Source of the DNA: an uncultured Chloroflexia bacterium
Lineage (GTDB): Bacteria > Chloroflexota > Limnocylindria > Limnocylindrales > CSP1-4
Length of the DNA: 64,000 nt
Assembly: GCA_963762445.1 (NCBI GenBank)
Contig: CAVXLA010000005.1
Location: forward strand, 554,803-618,802
Direction of reading: 5' to 3'
Positions 18,360 through 28,201 of this stretch are shown here, piece by piece (the stretch's first letter is position 1; each line of letters starts with the position of its first letter). A program made the translations under genes and the position numbers. The notes under the pieces are model-generated. The model had not been told where the DNA came from. It worked only from the letters and a program-made list of their open reading frames with translations, and ran no database searches.

Positions 18360-18609
18360 GCCGGCACGGGGCGCGATCGACGAGCTGGCCTTCGATGCGG
18401 CCCTCGCCGAGCTGGAGCGGACGGTCGCCGAGCTGGAGGCGGGGGGCCTGGCCCTCGAGAAGACGCTGGCTCTCTACGAGCGCGGCGTTGCCCTGCAGCA
18501 GCGCTGCGAGCGGCTTCTGGGCGACGCGGAGCTGCGGGTGCGCCGCCTGGTCGAGGGCGCGCGCGGGGCGCTGGCCGAGGCCGAGCTGCGCGACGACGAA
18601 GCGGGCTGA
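18346..18609 (+). CDS. xseB: exodeoxyribonuclease VII small subunit
   Basis: ATG at 18346 preceded by AGGAGGGAAGGGG. 'FDAALAELERTVAELEAGGLALEKTLALYERGVAL'. Confidence 0.85.
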   Translation: MDVAEPARGAIDELAFDAALAELERTVAELEAGGLALEKTLALYERGVALQQRCERLLGDAELRVRRLVEGARGALAEAELRDDEAG

Positions 18610-18696
18610 TCGCGCCTTGGGCGCGGCGGCGTCGCGCGGCCGGGCGGGGTAGACTCGCCGGGTCCACGACTCCGGCGCCCCATCGAGGGTCAATCC

Positions 18697-20745
18697 TTGG
18701 TCATCCTCCCCGGCATCCGGGGCCCCGGCGACATCCGGGCCCTCTCCGAGCGCGACCTCTTCGTGCTCGCCGAGGAGATCCGCGAGACGATCATCGCCAC
18801 GGTGGCGAAGACGGGGGGCCATCTCGGCTCGTCGCTGGGGGTGGTGGAGATCACCCTCGCCCTCCACCGCCTGCTCGAGTCGCCGCGCGAGCCGATCGTC
18901 TGGGACACGGGGCACCAGGCCTACCCGCACAAGCTGGTCACGGGGCGGTACGAGCGGTTCGGGACGCTCCGCCAGCTCGGCGGCATCAGCGGGTTCCCGC
19001 GCCGCTCGGAGAGCGAGCACGACGTCTTCGACGGCGGCCACGCCGGGACCGGCCTCTCGATCGCCGCCGGTCTGGCGACGGCCCGCGACACCCGCCACGG
19101 CCTGGACCGGATCGCCGTCGTGGTCGGCGACGCGGCCCTGATGAGCGGCCTGTCGCTCGAGGCCCTCAACGACCTCGGCCACCGCCGGACGCAGGTCCTG
19201 ATCGTGCTCAACGACAACGCGATGTCGATCAGCCAGTCGGTCGGCGCGCTTTCCAAGTACCTGTCCGAGATCAAGCTCTCCAGCGCCTGGAAGCAGTCGA
19301 GGAGCGCCTACGACCGCACAGTGGAGCGAGTCCCGGTTGTCGGCCCCACCGCCCTTGAGCTGTCGCGCCGGTTCCGGAAGTCGATCGTCAGCTTCGCCCA
19401 GCCCGGCCAGCTCTTCGAGGACCTCGGCATCACCTACGTCGGCGTGGTCCCGGGCCACGACCTGCGCGCCCTGGAGCACACCTTCCGCAGCGCCCTCGAC
19501 CTGGGCGGCCCGGTCCTGGTCCACGTGCGGACCCAGAAGGGGCGTGGCTACCACCCGGCGGAGCGCGACCAGGTCGGGTTCCACGGCGCCGCCCTGCCGC
19601 CGATGGCCGACACGTACCAGGCCCGGCGGCGCATCGCCGGCAGCCCGCTGGGGGCCGGCGAGATCTCGGCGACCCCGACGTCCGGGGGCGGCTCGGACGG
19701 GAACGGCGACGCGACCGTGCCCGCGGCGGCGGCGGCGCCCCGCACCCCCAACTACACCCACTACTTCGCCCAGGAGGTGATCGCGGCCGCCCGCGAGGAC
19801 CGCCGGATCGTGGCGATCACGGCGGGGATGCCGACCGGGACCGGCCTCGACCGGTTCGAGGACGAGTTCCCGGATCGCTTCGTCGACGTGGGGATCGCCG
19901 AGCAGCACGCGGTCGCCCTGGCGACGGGGATCGCGATGGGCGGCGGCCGGCCGGTTGTCGCCATCTACGCCACCTTCCTGCAGCGGGCCTTCGACCAGAT
20001 CGTCCACGACGTCTGCCAGAACGACCAGCCGGTGCTGATCGGCGTGGACCGGGCCGGCCTCGTGGGCGAGGACGGGACCAGCCACCAGGGGATGTTCTCC
20101 TTCCCGGCCCACCGCCAGATCCCCAACCTCGTGGTCGCCGCGCCGAAGGACGAGCAGGAGCTGCGCTCGATGGTCCGGACGGCCCTCGCCCAGGACCACC
20201 CCTTCGCCCTCAACTACCCGCGCGACAGCGGCTTCGGTGTGCCCGAGCGGGCGCCCGAGATCCTGCCGATCGGCCGCGGCGAGGTCCTCCGGGAGGGCAC
20301 GGACATCCTCATCGTGGGCTTCGGGCCGATCGTCCGGCGCGGCGAGGACGCCGCGGACGCCCTGGCCGCGGACGGCTGGTCGGTCGGCGTCATCAACGCC
20401 CGCTTCGCCAAGCCGCTCGACCGCCAGCTGATCCTCGACCAGGCCCGCGGCCGGCAGCTCGTGGTCACCCTCGAGGAGAGCACGACGACGGGCGGCTTCG
20501 GCTCCGGCGTCCTCGAGGCGCTCGAGGAGGCCCGCCTCGTGGACCCGGCCTTCCGCGACGTCGCGCTGCGGATCATCGGGATCCCCGGCGACCGCTTCGT
20601 CGACCACGGCTCGGCGGCCGACCTGCGCGCCCTCATCCGGCTGGACACGGCGGGGATCGCGGAGCAGATCCGCGAGACGCTCGCGACCCTTCGGGCGGCG
20701 CCGGGGCACGCCCGACGCCGGCGTGGCCAGGCCGCCAGCGCCTGA
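18697..20745 (+). CDS. dxs: 1-deoxy-D-xylulose-5-phosphate synthase
   Basis: 'GGHLGSSLGVVEITLALH', 'WDTGHQAYPHK', TPP motif 'GDAALMSGLSLEALN', 'GIAEQHAV', 'DGTSHQG'. Confidence 0.95.
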   Translation: MVILPGIRGPGDIRALSERDLFVLAEEIRETIIATVAKTGGHLGSSLGVVEITLALHRLLESPREPIVWDTGHQAYPHKLVTGRYERFGTLRQLGGISGFPRRSESEHDVFDGGHAGTGLSIAAGLATARDTRHGLDRIAVVVGDAALMSGLSLEALNDLGHRRTQVLIVLNDNAMSISQSVGALSKYLSEIKLSSAWKQSRSAYDRTVERVPVVGPTALELSRRFRKSIVSFAQPGQLFEDLGITYVGVVPGHDLRALEHTFRSALDLGGPVLVHVRTQKGRGYHPAERDQVGFHGAALPPMADTYQARRRIAGSPLGAGEISATPTSGGGSDGNGDATVPAAAAAPRTPNYTHYFAQEVIAAAREDRRIVAITAGMPTGTGLDRFEDEFPDRFVDVGIAEQHAVALATGIAMGGGRPVVAIYATFLQRAFDQIVHDVCQNDQPVLIGVDRAGLVGEDGTSHQGMFSFPAHRQIPNLVVAAPKDEQELRSMVRTALAQDHPFALNYPRDSGFGVPERAPEILPIGRGEVLREGTDILIVGFGPIVRRGEDAADALAADGWSVGVINARFAKPLDRQLILDQARGRQLVVTLEESTTTGGFGSGVLEALEEARLVDPAFRDVALRIIGIPGDRFVDHGSAADLRALIRLDTAGIAEQIRETLATLRAAPGHARRRRGQAASA

Positions 20746-20819
20746 CGCCGCCGGGGATCGCCCGCCGGCGCCCGGCCCGGCCTGCACGCGTCGATGAGCC
20801 GCGGTGCAACGGCGCGTGG

Positions 20820-20825
20820 CATGAT
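20820..20825 (+). promoter_or_regulatory. -10-like box CATGAT, 6 nt upstream of the tlyA GTG (leaderless)
   Basis: CATGAT at 20820-20825; GTG at 20832. Confidence 0.35.
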
Positions 20826-20831
20826 CGTGGC

Positions 20832-21689
20832 GTGACCCGCACGACGGCGCCGCCCCGCGCACCCCGCGTCCGCCTCGACCAGCTGCTCGTCGAGCGCGGC
20901 CTCGTCGAGACGCGGGCGCGCGCCCAGGCGCTCCTCATGGCCGGCCGGGTCAAGGTGGGCGCGGGCGACGGGGCGCGGGCCGACCGCAAGGCGGGGGACC
21001 TCGTCGAGCCCTCGATCCCGGTCGCGGTCGAGGCGCCACTGCCCTACGTCTCGCGCGGCGGCGAGAAGCTCGCGGGCGCCCTCGACGCGTTCGGGGTGGA
21101 TCCGGCGGGCCTCGTCTGCCTCGACGTCGGGGCCTCCACGGGCGGCTTCACCGACGTGCTCCTCCAGCGCGGCGCCAGCCGCGTCCATGCAGTCGACGTG
21201 GGCCGCGGGCAGCTGGCGGAGGTGCTCCGCCGCGACCCGCGCGTCGTCGCCCGCGAGCAGGTCAACGCCCGGGGGCTCTCGCCGGCGTTGCTCGGGGAGC
21301 CCGTCGCGCTGGCGGTGATCGACGTCAGCTTCATCTCCCTGCGCCTCGTCCTCCCGGCCGTGGCCGCCTGCCTCGCGCCGGGGGGTCGCGTGGTCGCGCT
21401 CGTGAAGCCGCAGTTCGAAGCCGGCCGCGGCAGCGCGCCCCGCGGCGTCGTCCGCGACCCCGCCGTCCACCGCGCGGTGCTCGCCGGCGCCCTCGACCAC
21501 GCCCGCGCCGCGGGGCTGGCGCCGCTCGCTCTCGCCGAATCACCGTTGCGCGGTCCCGCCGGCAACCGCGAGTTCTTCCTGCTGGCGGGCAGCCTGCCGG
21601 CGGCCGCCGCGCCCGGCCCGGCCGCCGCGCCCGGCCCGGCCGAGCCAGGCGAGTGGGCGCCGCTGATCGCCGCGCTGGTGCCGGGGTGA
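20832..21689 (+). CDS. tlyA: TlyA-family rRNA 2'-O-methyltransferase (S4 + FtsJ domains)
   Basis: 'RLDQLLVERGLVETRARAQALLMAGRV', 'YVSRGGEKLAGAL', SAM motif 'LDVGASTGGFTDVLLQRGA', 'LVKPQFE'. Confidence 0.9.
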   Translation: MTRTTAPPRAPRVRLDQLLVERGLVETRARAQALLMAGRVKVGAGDGARADRKAGDLVEPSIPVAVEAPLPYVSRGGEKLAGALDAFGVDPAGLVCLDVGASTGGFTDVLLQRGASRVHAVDVGRGQLAEVLRRDPRVVAREQVNARGLSPALLGEPVALAVIDVSFISLRLVLPAVAACLAPGGRVVALVKPQFEAGRGSAPRGVVRDPAVHRAVLAGALDHARAAGLAPLALAESPLRGPAGNREFFLLAGSLPAAAAPGPAAAPGPAEPGEWAPLIAALVPG

Positions 21690-22534
21690 GCGGCCCGCGG
21701 CGGATCGGGTTCGCCTACAACCCGACCAAGGACGACGCGGTCGAGCTCGCGGCCCGGGCGAGCGGCTGGTGCGCCGTGCGGGGCGTCGAGACGTGGTCCG
21801 TGGCGTCCGGCGACACGGCGGCCCTCGTGGCCGCCCTGCCGGGCGTGGACGTCCTCGTCGTCCTCGGCGGCGACGGGACCTTCCTGCGGGCCGCCCGGGC
21901 GGTGGCCGAGACCCGGGTCCCGATCGTCGGCGTCAACCTGGGCAAGATCGGGTTCCTCTCGAAGGCCGAGGCGCACGAGCTCGAGGGCCTGCTCGCGAAG
22001 ATCGTCGAGGGGCGCTACCGGCTCGAGGACCGGATGGCCCTGCGGGGCACGATCCACGGCGAGCGCGGTGGGGCGGCGCGACACTCGTTCATCGCCCTCA
22101 ACGACGTCGTCGTCGCCCGCGGCGCGCTGGCGCGGGTGGTCCACCTGGACGTCGAGATCGGGCCGTCGCACCTCGCGACCTTTGTCGCGGACGGGCTGGT
22201 CGTCGCGAGCCCCACCGGGTCCACCGGCTACAGCTTCTCGGCCGGGGGCCCGATCCTGGATCCCGTGAGCCGCAACCTCATCGTCACGCCGATCGCCGCC
22301 TACCTGTCGGCCCTCGGCTCGGTCGTCGTGAGCCCGGACCAGGTAGTCCGCTGCCGCGTGCTCGAAGCGCTCGAGGCGCTGGTCTCCGTCGACGGCCGCG
22401 AGGACTTCCCGATCGGGGTGGGGGACGCGGTGACGGTCGCCGCGCTCGAGCAGCCGATCCGCTTCCTCGAGCCGGAAGGGGCGCTGCCGTTCTGGGACCT
22501 GCTGCGGCAGAAGGCCCAGCTGCTTCCTTCGTGA
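21686..22534 (+). CDS. nadK: NAD(+) kinase
   Basis: GTGA overlap with tlyA. 'VLGGDGTFLRAAR', 'GVNLGKIGFL', 'ASPTGSTGYSFSAGGP'. Confidence 0.9.
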   Translation: MSGPRRIGFAYNPTKDDAVELAARASGWCAVRGVETWSVASGDTAALVAALPGVDVLVVLGGDGTFLRAARAVAETRVPIVGVNLGKIGFLSKAEAHELEGLLAKIVEGRYRLEDRMALRGTIHGERGGAARHSFIALNDVVVARGALARVVHLDVEIGPSHLATFVADGLVVASPTGSTGYSFSAGGPILDPVSRNLIVTPIAAYLSALGSVVVSPDQVVRCRVLEALEALVSVDGREDFPIGVGDAVTVAALEQPIRFLEPEGALPFWDLLRQKAQLLPS

Positions 22535-22541
22535 CCCGGCC

Positions 22542-24290
22542 GTGAGCGAGCACGAGCCTGCCGGGCCCGCCGCGGGCCGGCTCCTGGAGCTGACCGTGAC
22601 GGACCTCGCCCTGCTCGAGCGCGTCCGCATCGCCTTCGCCGACGGGCTCAACGTGATCACCGGCGAGACGGGCGCCGGCAAGAGCCTCCTGATCGACGCC
22701 CTCGGCCTCGCCCTCGGCGCCCGGGCCGACCCGGGGCTCGTCCGGCACGACGCGGAGGCAGCCCGCGTGGAGGCGCTCTTCGATCGGCTCCCGGAGCCGC
22801 TCGTCTGCGTGCGCGAGGTCTCCGCCTCGGGCCGGTCCGTGGCCCGGATCGACGACGAGACGGTGACGGCAGCCCGGCTCGCCGCGACCAGCGGCCCGCT
22901 CGTCGAGATCCACGGCCAGCACGAGCAGGCCCGGCTGCTCGACGAGCGCTGGCAGCGGGACCTGCTCGACGCCTTCGGTGGCCACGCGGCGGAGCGGGCC
23001 GCCATGGCGGCGGCCGTCGGGGCCTGGCGTGAGAACGAGGCGGCGCGGGCGGCGCTCGCCGTGGAGCCGCGCGAGCTGGAGCGGCGGATCGCCCTCGTCG
23101 AGCACGAGGCGGCGGAGATCGCGACGGCCCGGATCCGGCGTGGCGAGGTCGCCGAGATCCGCTCGCGGCTCGCGGCCTCGCGGCACGGCGAGGCGATCGC
23201 CCGCGGGGCCGGGGCGATCGTCGCGCTGCTGGCCGGGGACGAGGCAGAGGCGACGCCGCCCGGCGCCCGCGAGCAGACGGCACGGGCGGCGGCGGAGGCG
23301 TCCGCCCTCGGTCGGCTCGACGCCCGCTACGAGCCCCTCGCGCGGCGGCTCGCCGGGCTCGCCGCGGAGCTGGAGGACGCCGCCTTCGAGACGAGGGCGA
23401 TGGCGGACGGCGTTGAGCACGATCCCGCGGCGCTCGCCGCGATGGAGGAGCGGCTCTCCTTCCTCTTCACCCTGGAGCGCAAGTACGGGACCGACACCGA
23501 GGGCCTCCTCGAACGGGCCGAGCAGGCGGCCGGCGAGGTCGAGCGCCTGCGGGGCCTCGACGCCGAGCGGATCCGCCGGGCCGCCGAGGCGACGAAGCTG
23601 CTCGAGGCGATCGCCGGCGCCGCGCAGGCGCTCTCGGCCCGGCGCCGGGCCACCGCCGCCGACCTCGGCGCCCGGATCGAGCGGGCCCTCGGCGACCTCG
23701 GCCTCGGCGGGACCGGGGTGGAGATCGCGGTGGGGCGCCGCCCGGCCGGCCGGGACGAGCCGGCCGTGGAGGTCGGCGGCGACGCCGTCGCGTTCGACGC
23801 CGCGGGCGTCGATGTGGTCGTCTATCGCATCGCCCCGAACCCCGGCGAGCCGGCCCGGCCGCTGGCGAAGATCGCGTCCGGCGGCGAGCTGTCGCGCATC
23901 GCCCTCGCCATCGAGGAGGTCCTCGTCGACGCCGACGCCACGCCGACCCTCGTCTTCGACGAGATCGACGCGGGGATCGGCGGACGCAGCGCCGACCCGG
24001 TCGGGCGGACCCTGTGGGTCCTCGGTGGCCGCCACCAGGTGCTCTGCGTCACCCACCTGCCGCAGATCGCCGCCCACGCGGACGCCCACTTCGCGATCCA
24101 CAAGGTCGCCCGTGACGGGCGGACGGTGACCGAAGTGCGCCGCCTCGACGACGAGGGCCGCGTGGGCGAGCTGGCGGCGATGATCGGCGGGGCAGGGGGC
24201 GGGCCCGCGGCGTCGGCGTCGGCGCGCGAGCTCCTGGAGCGGGCGGCCCGGTTCCGGCGGAGCCGCGGCGTCCTCCCGCCCGGCCCATGA
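22542..24290 (+). CDS. recN: DNA repair protein RecN (SMC-like ATPase)
   Basis: Walker A 'ITGETGAGKSLLIDAL', signature 'ASGGELSRIALAI', Walker B 'LVFDEIDAGIGG', 'CVTHLPQIAA'. Confidence 0.95.
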   Translation: MSEHEPAGPAAGRLLELTVTDLALLERVRIAFADGLNVITGETGAGKSLLIDALGLALGARADPGLVRHDAEAARVEALFDRLPEPLVCVREVSASGRSVARIDDETVTAARLAATSGPLVEIHGQHEQARLLDERWQRDLLDAFGGHAAERAAMAAAVGAWRENEAARAALAVEPRELERRIALVEHEAAEIATARIRRGEVAEIRSRLAASRHGEAIARGAGAIVALLAGDEAEATPPGAREQTARAAAEASALGRLDARYEPLARRLAGLAAELEDAAFETRAMADGVEHDPAALAAMEERLSFLFTLERKYGTDTEGLLERAEQAAGEVERLRGLDAERIRRAAEATKLLEAIAGAAQALSARRRATAADLGARIERALGDLGLGGTGVEIAVGRRPAGRDEPAVEVGGDAVAFDAAGVDVVVYRIAPNPGEPARPLAKIASGGELSRIALAIEEVLVDADATPTLVFDEIDAGIGGRSADPVGRTLWVLGGRHQVLCVTHLPQIAAHADAHFAIHKVARDGRTVTEVRRLDDEGRVGELAAMIGGAGGGPAASASARELLERAARFRRSRGVLPPGP

Positions 24291-25324
24291 CGACGGTGTC
24301 CGGCCCGCGGGCTCGCCGTCCGCGCCGCCCGGCGGAGGTGGGGCCGGCCCCGGCGGACTTCGCCGCCGCGATGGACGCCTTCCTCGTCCACCTTCGCGTC
24401 GAGCGCGGCCTGTCGCCGGCCACGATCGCGGGCTACGGCGCCGACCTGCGCGACTTCGGCTCGTCGCCGGAGGCCGCGAAGGGGTGGGGGAGCTCCCCGC
24501 AGGCGGCGATTGACTACCTGGCCCGGCTGGCGGGAGCGACCGGCCGGTCGGGGCGCGTCCTGCGGGCGACGAGCCTCCGGCGCCGGACTGCCGCGCTTCG
24601 GTCCTACTTCCGCTTCGCGCTTGCCGAGGACCTCGTCGCGGTCGACGTCGCCAGCCATCTCGACCTGCCGCGGGAGCCCCGGATCCTGCCGGACCCGCTC
24701 ACCGTGGACGAGGTGGATCGCCTCCTCGCCGCGGTGGACCCCGACCGCGCCGCCGGCGCGGGCGCTCCGCGCGGCCGTCGCGGTGCCGCCGCAGCTGCCG
24801 CCCTCGCGGCCATGCGCGACCGCGCCCTCCTCGAGCTCCTCTACGCCGCCGGCCTCCGCGTCAGCGAGGCGCTCCGCCTCGACGGGGACGACCTGGACCT
24901 CGATGGCGGGAGCGTGCGCGTCGTCGGCAAGGGGGACCGCGAGCGGGTCGTCCCGGTCGGCGACGTCGCGGTCGCCTGGCTCCGGCGGTACCTCGCGGCG
25001 GAGCGCCCGGTGCCGGCCACCGCCGACCGCGTCCGCGCGTCCCGCGGCGGCCCGGTCTTCCTCTCCGATCGCGGGCGACGCCTGGGGCGGAGCTACGCCT
25101 GGCTCGCGGTGAAGCGTGCCGCCGCCGCCGCCGGCGTGGGCGACCGGGTCTCGCCGCACACCCTGCGCCACTCCTACGCGACGCACCTCCTGGAGGGTGG
25201 AGCCGACCTGCGCGTCGTACAGGAGCTGCTCGGTCATGCCAGTATCTCGACGACGCAGATCTACACGCACCTGACCGGCGAGCGGATCCGCGAGGTCTAT
25301 GCCCGGGCTCATCCCCGGGCCTGA
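24287..25324 (+). CDS. xerD: site-specific tyrosine recombinase XerC/XerD type
   Basis: ATGA overlap with recN. 'RDRALLELLYAAGLRVSEA', 'VVGKGDRERVVP', 'HTLRHSYATHLLEGGADLRVVQELLGHASISTTQIYTH'. The XerC versus XerD call rests only on its position upstream of scpAB. Confidence 0.8.
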   Translation: MTTVSGPRARRPRRPAEVGPAPADFAAAMDAFLVHLRVERGLSPATIAGYGADLRDFGSSPEAAKGWGSSPQAAIDYLARLAGATGRSGRVLRATSLRRRTAALRSYFRFALAEDLVAVDVASHLDLPREPRILPDPLTVDEVDRLLAAVDPDRAAGAGAPRGRRGAAAAAALAAMRDRALLELLYAAGLRVSEALRLDGDDLDLDGGSVRVVGKGDRERVVPVGDVAVAWLRRYLAAERPVPATADRVRASRGGPVFLSDRGRRLGRSYAWLAVKRAAAAAGVGDRVSPHTLRHSYATHLLEGGADLRVVQELLGHASISTTQIYTHLTGERIREVYARAHPRA

Positions 25325-25349
25325 CCGGAAGCACCAGGAGGGACCCCCA

Positions 25350-26075
25350 ATGGCCTACGCGGACTCGCTGCTCGCCGAGGGAGAGCACGTCGTCTATCGA
25401 ACGCGGCAGCACCCCCTCGGACGCCTCGTCGCGTCGAGGTGGGGGATCGTGCTGGCCGGGATCGGGCTCGCCCTGCTCGTCGTCCTCGCCTTCTTCGGGA
25501 TCGGGGCCGGGCTCTTCCGCGATCTGCTGGGCTGGGCGACCCTGGCCTGCCTGCTGGTCGGCGCGGCGCTGATCGCCTGGAACTACGTGGCCTGGTACCA
25601 GGAGGATTACGTCATCACGAACCGGCGGGTGATGAAGGTCGGCGGGATCCTCAACAAGAAGTCGATGGACAGCTCGCTGGAGAAGATCAACGACGCGATC
25701 CTCGAGCAGTCGCTCTTCGGCCGGATGTTCGACTGGGGCAACCTCCGCATCCTGACCGCCGCGGAGGAGATCGCCGACGACTTCCACATGCTCCACCACG
25801 CCCCCGAGTTCAAGAAGGTCATGGTCACGACGAAGAACGACCTCGAGGAGGGGGGCGACATCCGCCGGGCGCGCTACGCCGACGTGCCGGCCGCCGCTCC
25901 CGCCCCGCCGCCTCCTCCCGCCCCCACGCCAGTCCCAGCCCCGGTCGCCCCGCCGCCTCCTCCTCCGCCCTCGGCCGAGGAGAAGCTGCGCAGCCTGGCC
26001 AAGCTGCGCGACGACGGCCTGATCACGCCCGAGGACTACGAGGCGAAGAAGGCGGACCTGCTCGACCAGATGTGA
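25350..26075 (+). CDS. membrane protein with bacterial PH-like (YdbT-type) domain, poly-Pro linker and C-terminal SHOCT-like motif
   Basis: ATG at 25350 preceded by AGGAGGGA. Two TM helices. 'YVITNRRVMKVGGILNKKSMDSSLEKIND'. C-terminus 'EEKLRSLAKLRDDGLITPEDYEAKKADLL'. Confidence 0.6.
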   Translation: MAYADSLLAEGEHVVYRTRQHPLGRLVASRWGIVLAGIGLALLVVLAFFGIGAGLFRDLLGWATLACLLVGAALIAWNYVAWYQEDYVITNRRVMKVGGILNKKSMDSSLEKINDAILEQSLFGRMFDWGNLRILTAAEEIADDFHMLHHAPEFKKVMVTTKNDLEEGGDIRRARYADVPAAAPAPPPPPAPTPVPAPVAPPPPPPPSAEEKLRSLAKLRDDGLITPEDYEAKKADLLDQM

Positions 26076-26206
26076 CGGCCGCCGGCGGAGCACGGGACGT
26101 CTCGGGCGCCCGCTCCCGCCGACGCGGCTGACCGCTCGCCGGGCCGGCCGGGCCGGGCGCGGTACCATACGCCGGTCCCCTCCCGGAACTGGAGCTCCGC
26201 CGCAGC

Positions 26207-26869
26207 GTGGCCTTCGACGAGCGCACCCTGTCCGCCCTCGTGGCGGTCGCTATCTTCCTGGTCGTCGGGTTCCCCGTGCACGAGTGCGCCCACGCCCTCG
26301 CGGCCTACCGCCTCGGCGACGGGACGGCGAAGCTCTTCGGCCGGCTGACCCTCAACCCGCTGGTCCACCTGGACCCCCTCGGCACGGCGCTCCTCGCCAT
26401 CTCCGCGCTCGCGCCGGGCGGCTTCTTCATCGGGTGGGCGAAGCCGACGCCGGTCAATCCTTCGATGCTGCGCGGCGGCCATCGCGGGGAGGCCATCGTG
26501 GCGGCGGCGGGTCCGCTTTCCAACCTCGCCCTCGCGATCCTCGCCGCGGTCGTCATCCGCCTCTTCATCGCCCTCCAGCTCGAGCCGTCGCCGGCCCTCG
26601 ACTTCGTCGGCCTCGTGATCACCTGGTTCCTCGTCATCAACATCTCGCTCTTCATCTTCAACCTGCTCCCGCTGCCGCCCCTCGACGGGTCCAAGGTCCT
26701 CTTCGCGTTCCTCCCGCCGCGGACCGTCTGGCAGGTCCGCCCGGTCCTCGAGCAGTGGGGTTTCGTGGTCCTCCTGGCAGTCATGTTCCTTCCCCCCGGG
26801 GGCTCTATCGGCGCGCGGATCCTCGGCCCGGTCTTCGATGCGATCTTCCATCTCCTGGTGGGCGCGTAA
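26207..26869 (+). CDS. site-2 protease family (M50) membrane metalloprotease
   Basis: 'FPVHECAHALAAYRLGD' (HExxH), 'LNPLVHLDPLGT', 'NLLPLPPLDGSKV'. Confidence 0.8.
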   Translation: MAFDERTLSALVAVAIFLVVGFPVHECAHALAAYRLGDGTAKLFGRLTLNPLVHLDPLGTALLAISALAPGGFFIGWAKPTPVNPSMLRGGHRGEAIVAAAGPLSNLALAILAAVVIRLFIALQLEPSPALDFVGLVITWFLVINISLFIFNLLPLPPLDGSKVLFAFLPPRTVWQVRPVLEQWGFVVLLAVMFLPPGGSIGARILGPVFDAIFHLLVGA

Positions 26870-27341
26870 GGCGCGCCAGCTCGGCCGGCACGCGGCGGCG
26901 CGGGTTCGGCCCGTGGAGCGGGCCGCGCTGGCCGAGTGGCTCACCTCGGCCCAGCTCGCCCTCTTCGACGCGATGCCCGTGGTCGACCGGCGGCACGGGC
27001 TCGACGTCGTCGCCGCGCTGCGGGCCGCGGGCGTCACCGACGGGGACCTCCACCTCGCGGGCCTCTTCCACGACGCCGGCAAGGGCCGCTCGATCCGGCT
27101 CTGGCATCGCGTCGCCTGGTCGCTCGGCGAGCTCCTCGGGCCCTGGGTCCACCGCTCCGCGGCCCGCCTGCCCGGCGGCAGGGACGCGATGGCACGGCTG
27201 CGCGATCACGCCGAGCGCTCCGCCGAGCTGGCGGCCGCCGTCGGCTGCCCGCCCCGCGCCGTGGCTTTGATCCGGGGCGAGGTCGGCGCGGACGGCGGCG
27301 CATCGCTGGCCGCGCTCCACGCCGCCGACGAGGCGAGCTGA
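26838..27341 (+). CDS. HD-domain protein (start uncertain)
   Basis: 'DRRHGLDVV' and 'LAGLFHDAGKG'. The 3' end overlaps the scpA start (TGATG). Confidence 0.6.
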   Translation: MRSSISWWARKARQLGRHAAARVRPVERAALAEWLTSAQLALFDAMPVVDRRHGLDVVAALRAAGVTDGDLHLAGLFHDAGKGRSIRLWHRVAWSLGELLGPWVHRSAARLPGGRDAMARLRDHAERSAELAAAVGCPPRAVALIRGEVGADGGASLAALHAADEAS

Positions 27342-28201
27342 TGACGCCGGAACCCGCCGCGCCGACGGCCGGCGGGATGCCCGGCATCGCCTTCAGCGAC
27401 CGACGCCGGCCGGAGGACGCGACGCGCGTCCGGCTCGCCGCCTGGGAGGGCCCGCTCGGGCTGCTGCTCGCGCTCGTGGAGGCCCGCCGTCTCGACGTGA
27501 TGACGGTCCCGCTCGGAGCGCTCGCTGAGGCCTACCTCGATGCGATCGCGGGCCTCGAGGACGATCGCCTGGGCAACCTCTCGGCGTTCGTCGCCGTGGC
27601 CAGCCAGCTCATCCTCATCAAGAGCCGGGAGCTCCTCCCGCGCCCGCCCGCGCCGGCGATCCCCCTCGACGACGAGGCTGACGCCGAGGCCGCGCTCCGG
27701 GCGCGGCTGGTCGCCTACCGGGCCTTCCGCGACGCCGCCGACCGGCTCGCGGCCCCGGCGGCCGCCGGCCGGCAGGCCGTTCGGCGGGAGCCCTCGACCG
27801 CGGTTGCCGCGGCCCGGGCCGGCGCAGTGGAGCCGCTCCCGCCGCGTCTCGACCCGGCGCTCCTCGTCGCCGTCCTCGATCGCCTGGCGGCCGTCGCCCC
27901 GGCCGCGGTGCCGCCGCCCGAGACGATCCCGCGCACGATCACGCTCGACGAGCGCGCGGCGCTGATTCGGGCGTCGCTCGCGGGCGCGGGCTGGATCGTG
28001 CTGCAGGACCTCCTGGCCCACGTCCGCGACCGGGTCGTGATGGCCGTCACCTTCCTCGCGATGCTGGAGCTCGTGAAGCGACGGGAGATCTCCGTCGAGC
28101 AGGACGCGCCCTGGGGCCCCATCATCGTCCGGGCGGTCCCCGGGGCCATGCCCGGCGCCCGGGCCGGCGGAGCCGGGCAACCGGGCGAGGAGGACGAGTG
28201 A
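27341..28201 (+). CDS. scpA: segregation and condensation protein A (kleisin)
   Basis: 'WEGPLGLLLALVEARRLDVMTVPLGALAEAYL', 'LILIKSRELLP', winged-helix C-terminus 'FLAMLELVKRREI'. Confidence 0.85.
   Translation: MTPEPAAPTAGGMPGIAFSDRRRPEDATRVRLAAWEGPLGLLLALVEARRLDVMTVPLGALAEAYLDAIAGLEDDRLGNLSAFVAVASQLILIKSRELLPRPPAPAIPLDDEADAEAALRARLVAYRAFRDAADRLAAPAAAGRQAVRREPSTAVAAARAGAVEPLPPRLDPALLVAVLDRLAAVAPAAVPPPETIPRTITLDERAALIRASLAGAGWIVLQDLLAHVRDRVVMAVTFLAMLELVKRREISVEQDAPWGPIIVRAVPGAMPGARAGGAGQPGEEDE

Noticed and set aside
22440-22541. SOS (LexA) box upstream of recN, and likewise upstream of tlyA at 20746-20831
   Set aside because: No GAAC-N4-GTTC or TCGAAC-N4-GTTCGA-type palindrome could be read. 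recN is only 8 nt from nadK and is probably co-transcribed.
24287-25324. Tyrosine recombinase as the integrase of a mobile element
   Set aside because: It is ATGA-coupled to recN and lies upstream of scpAB, in the conserved chromosomal position of xerD. There are no flanking repeats, excisionase or cargo.
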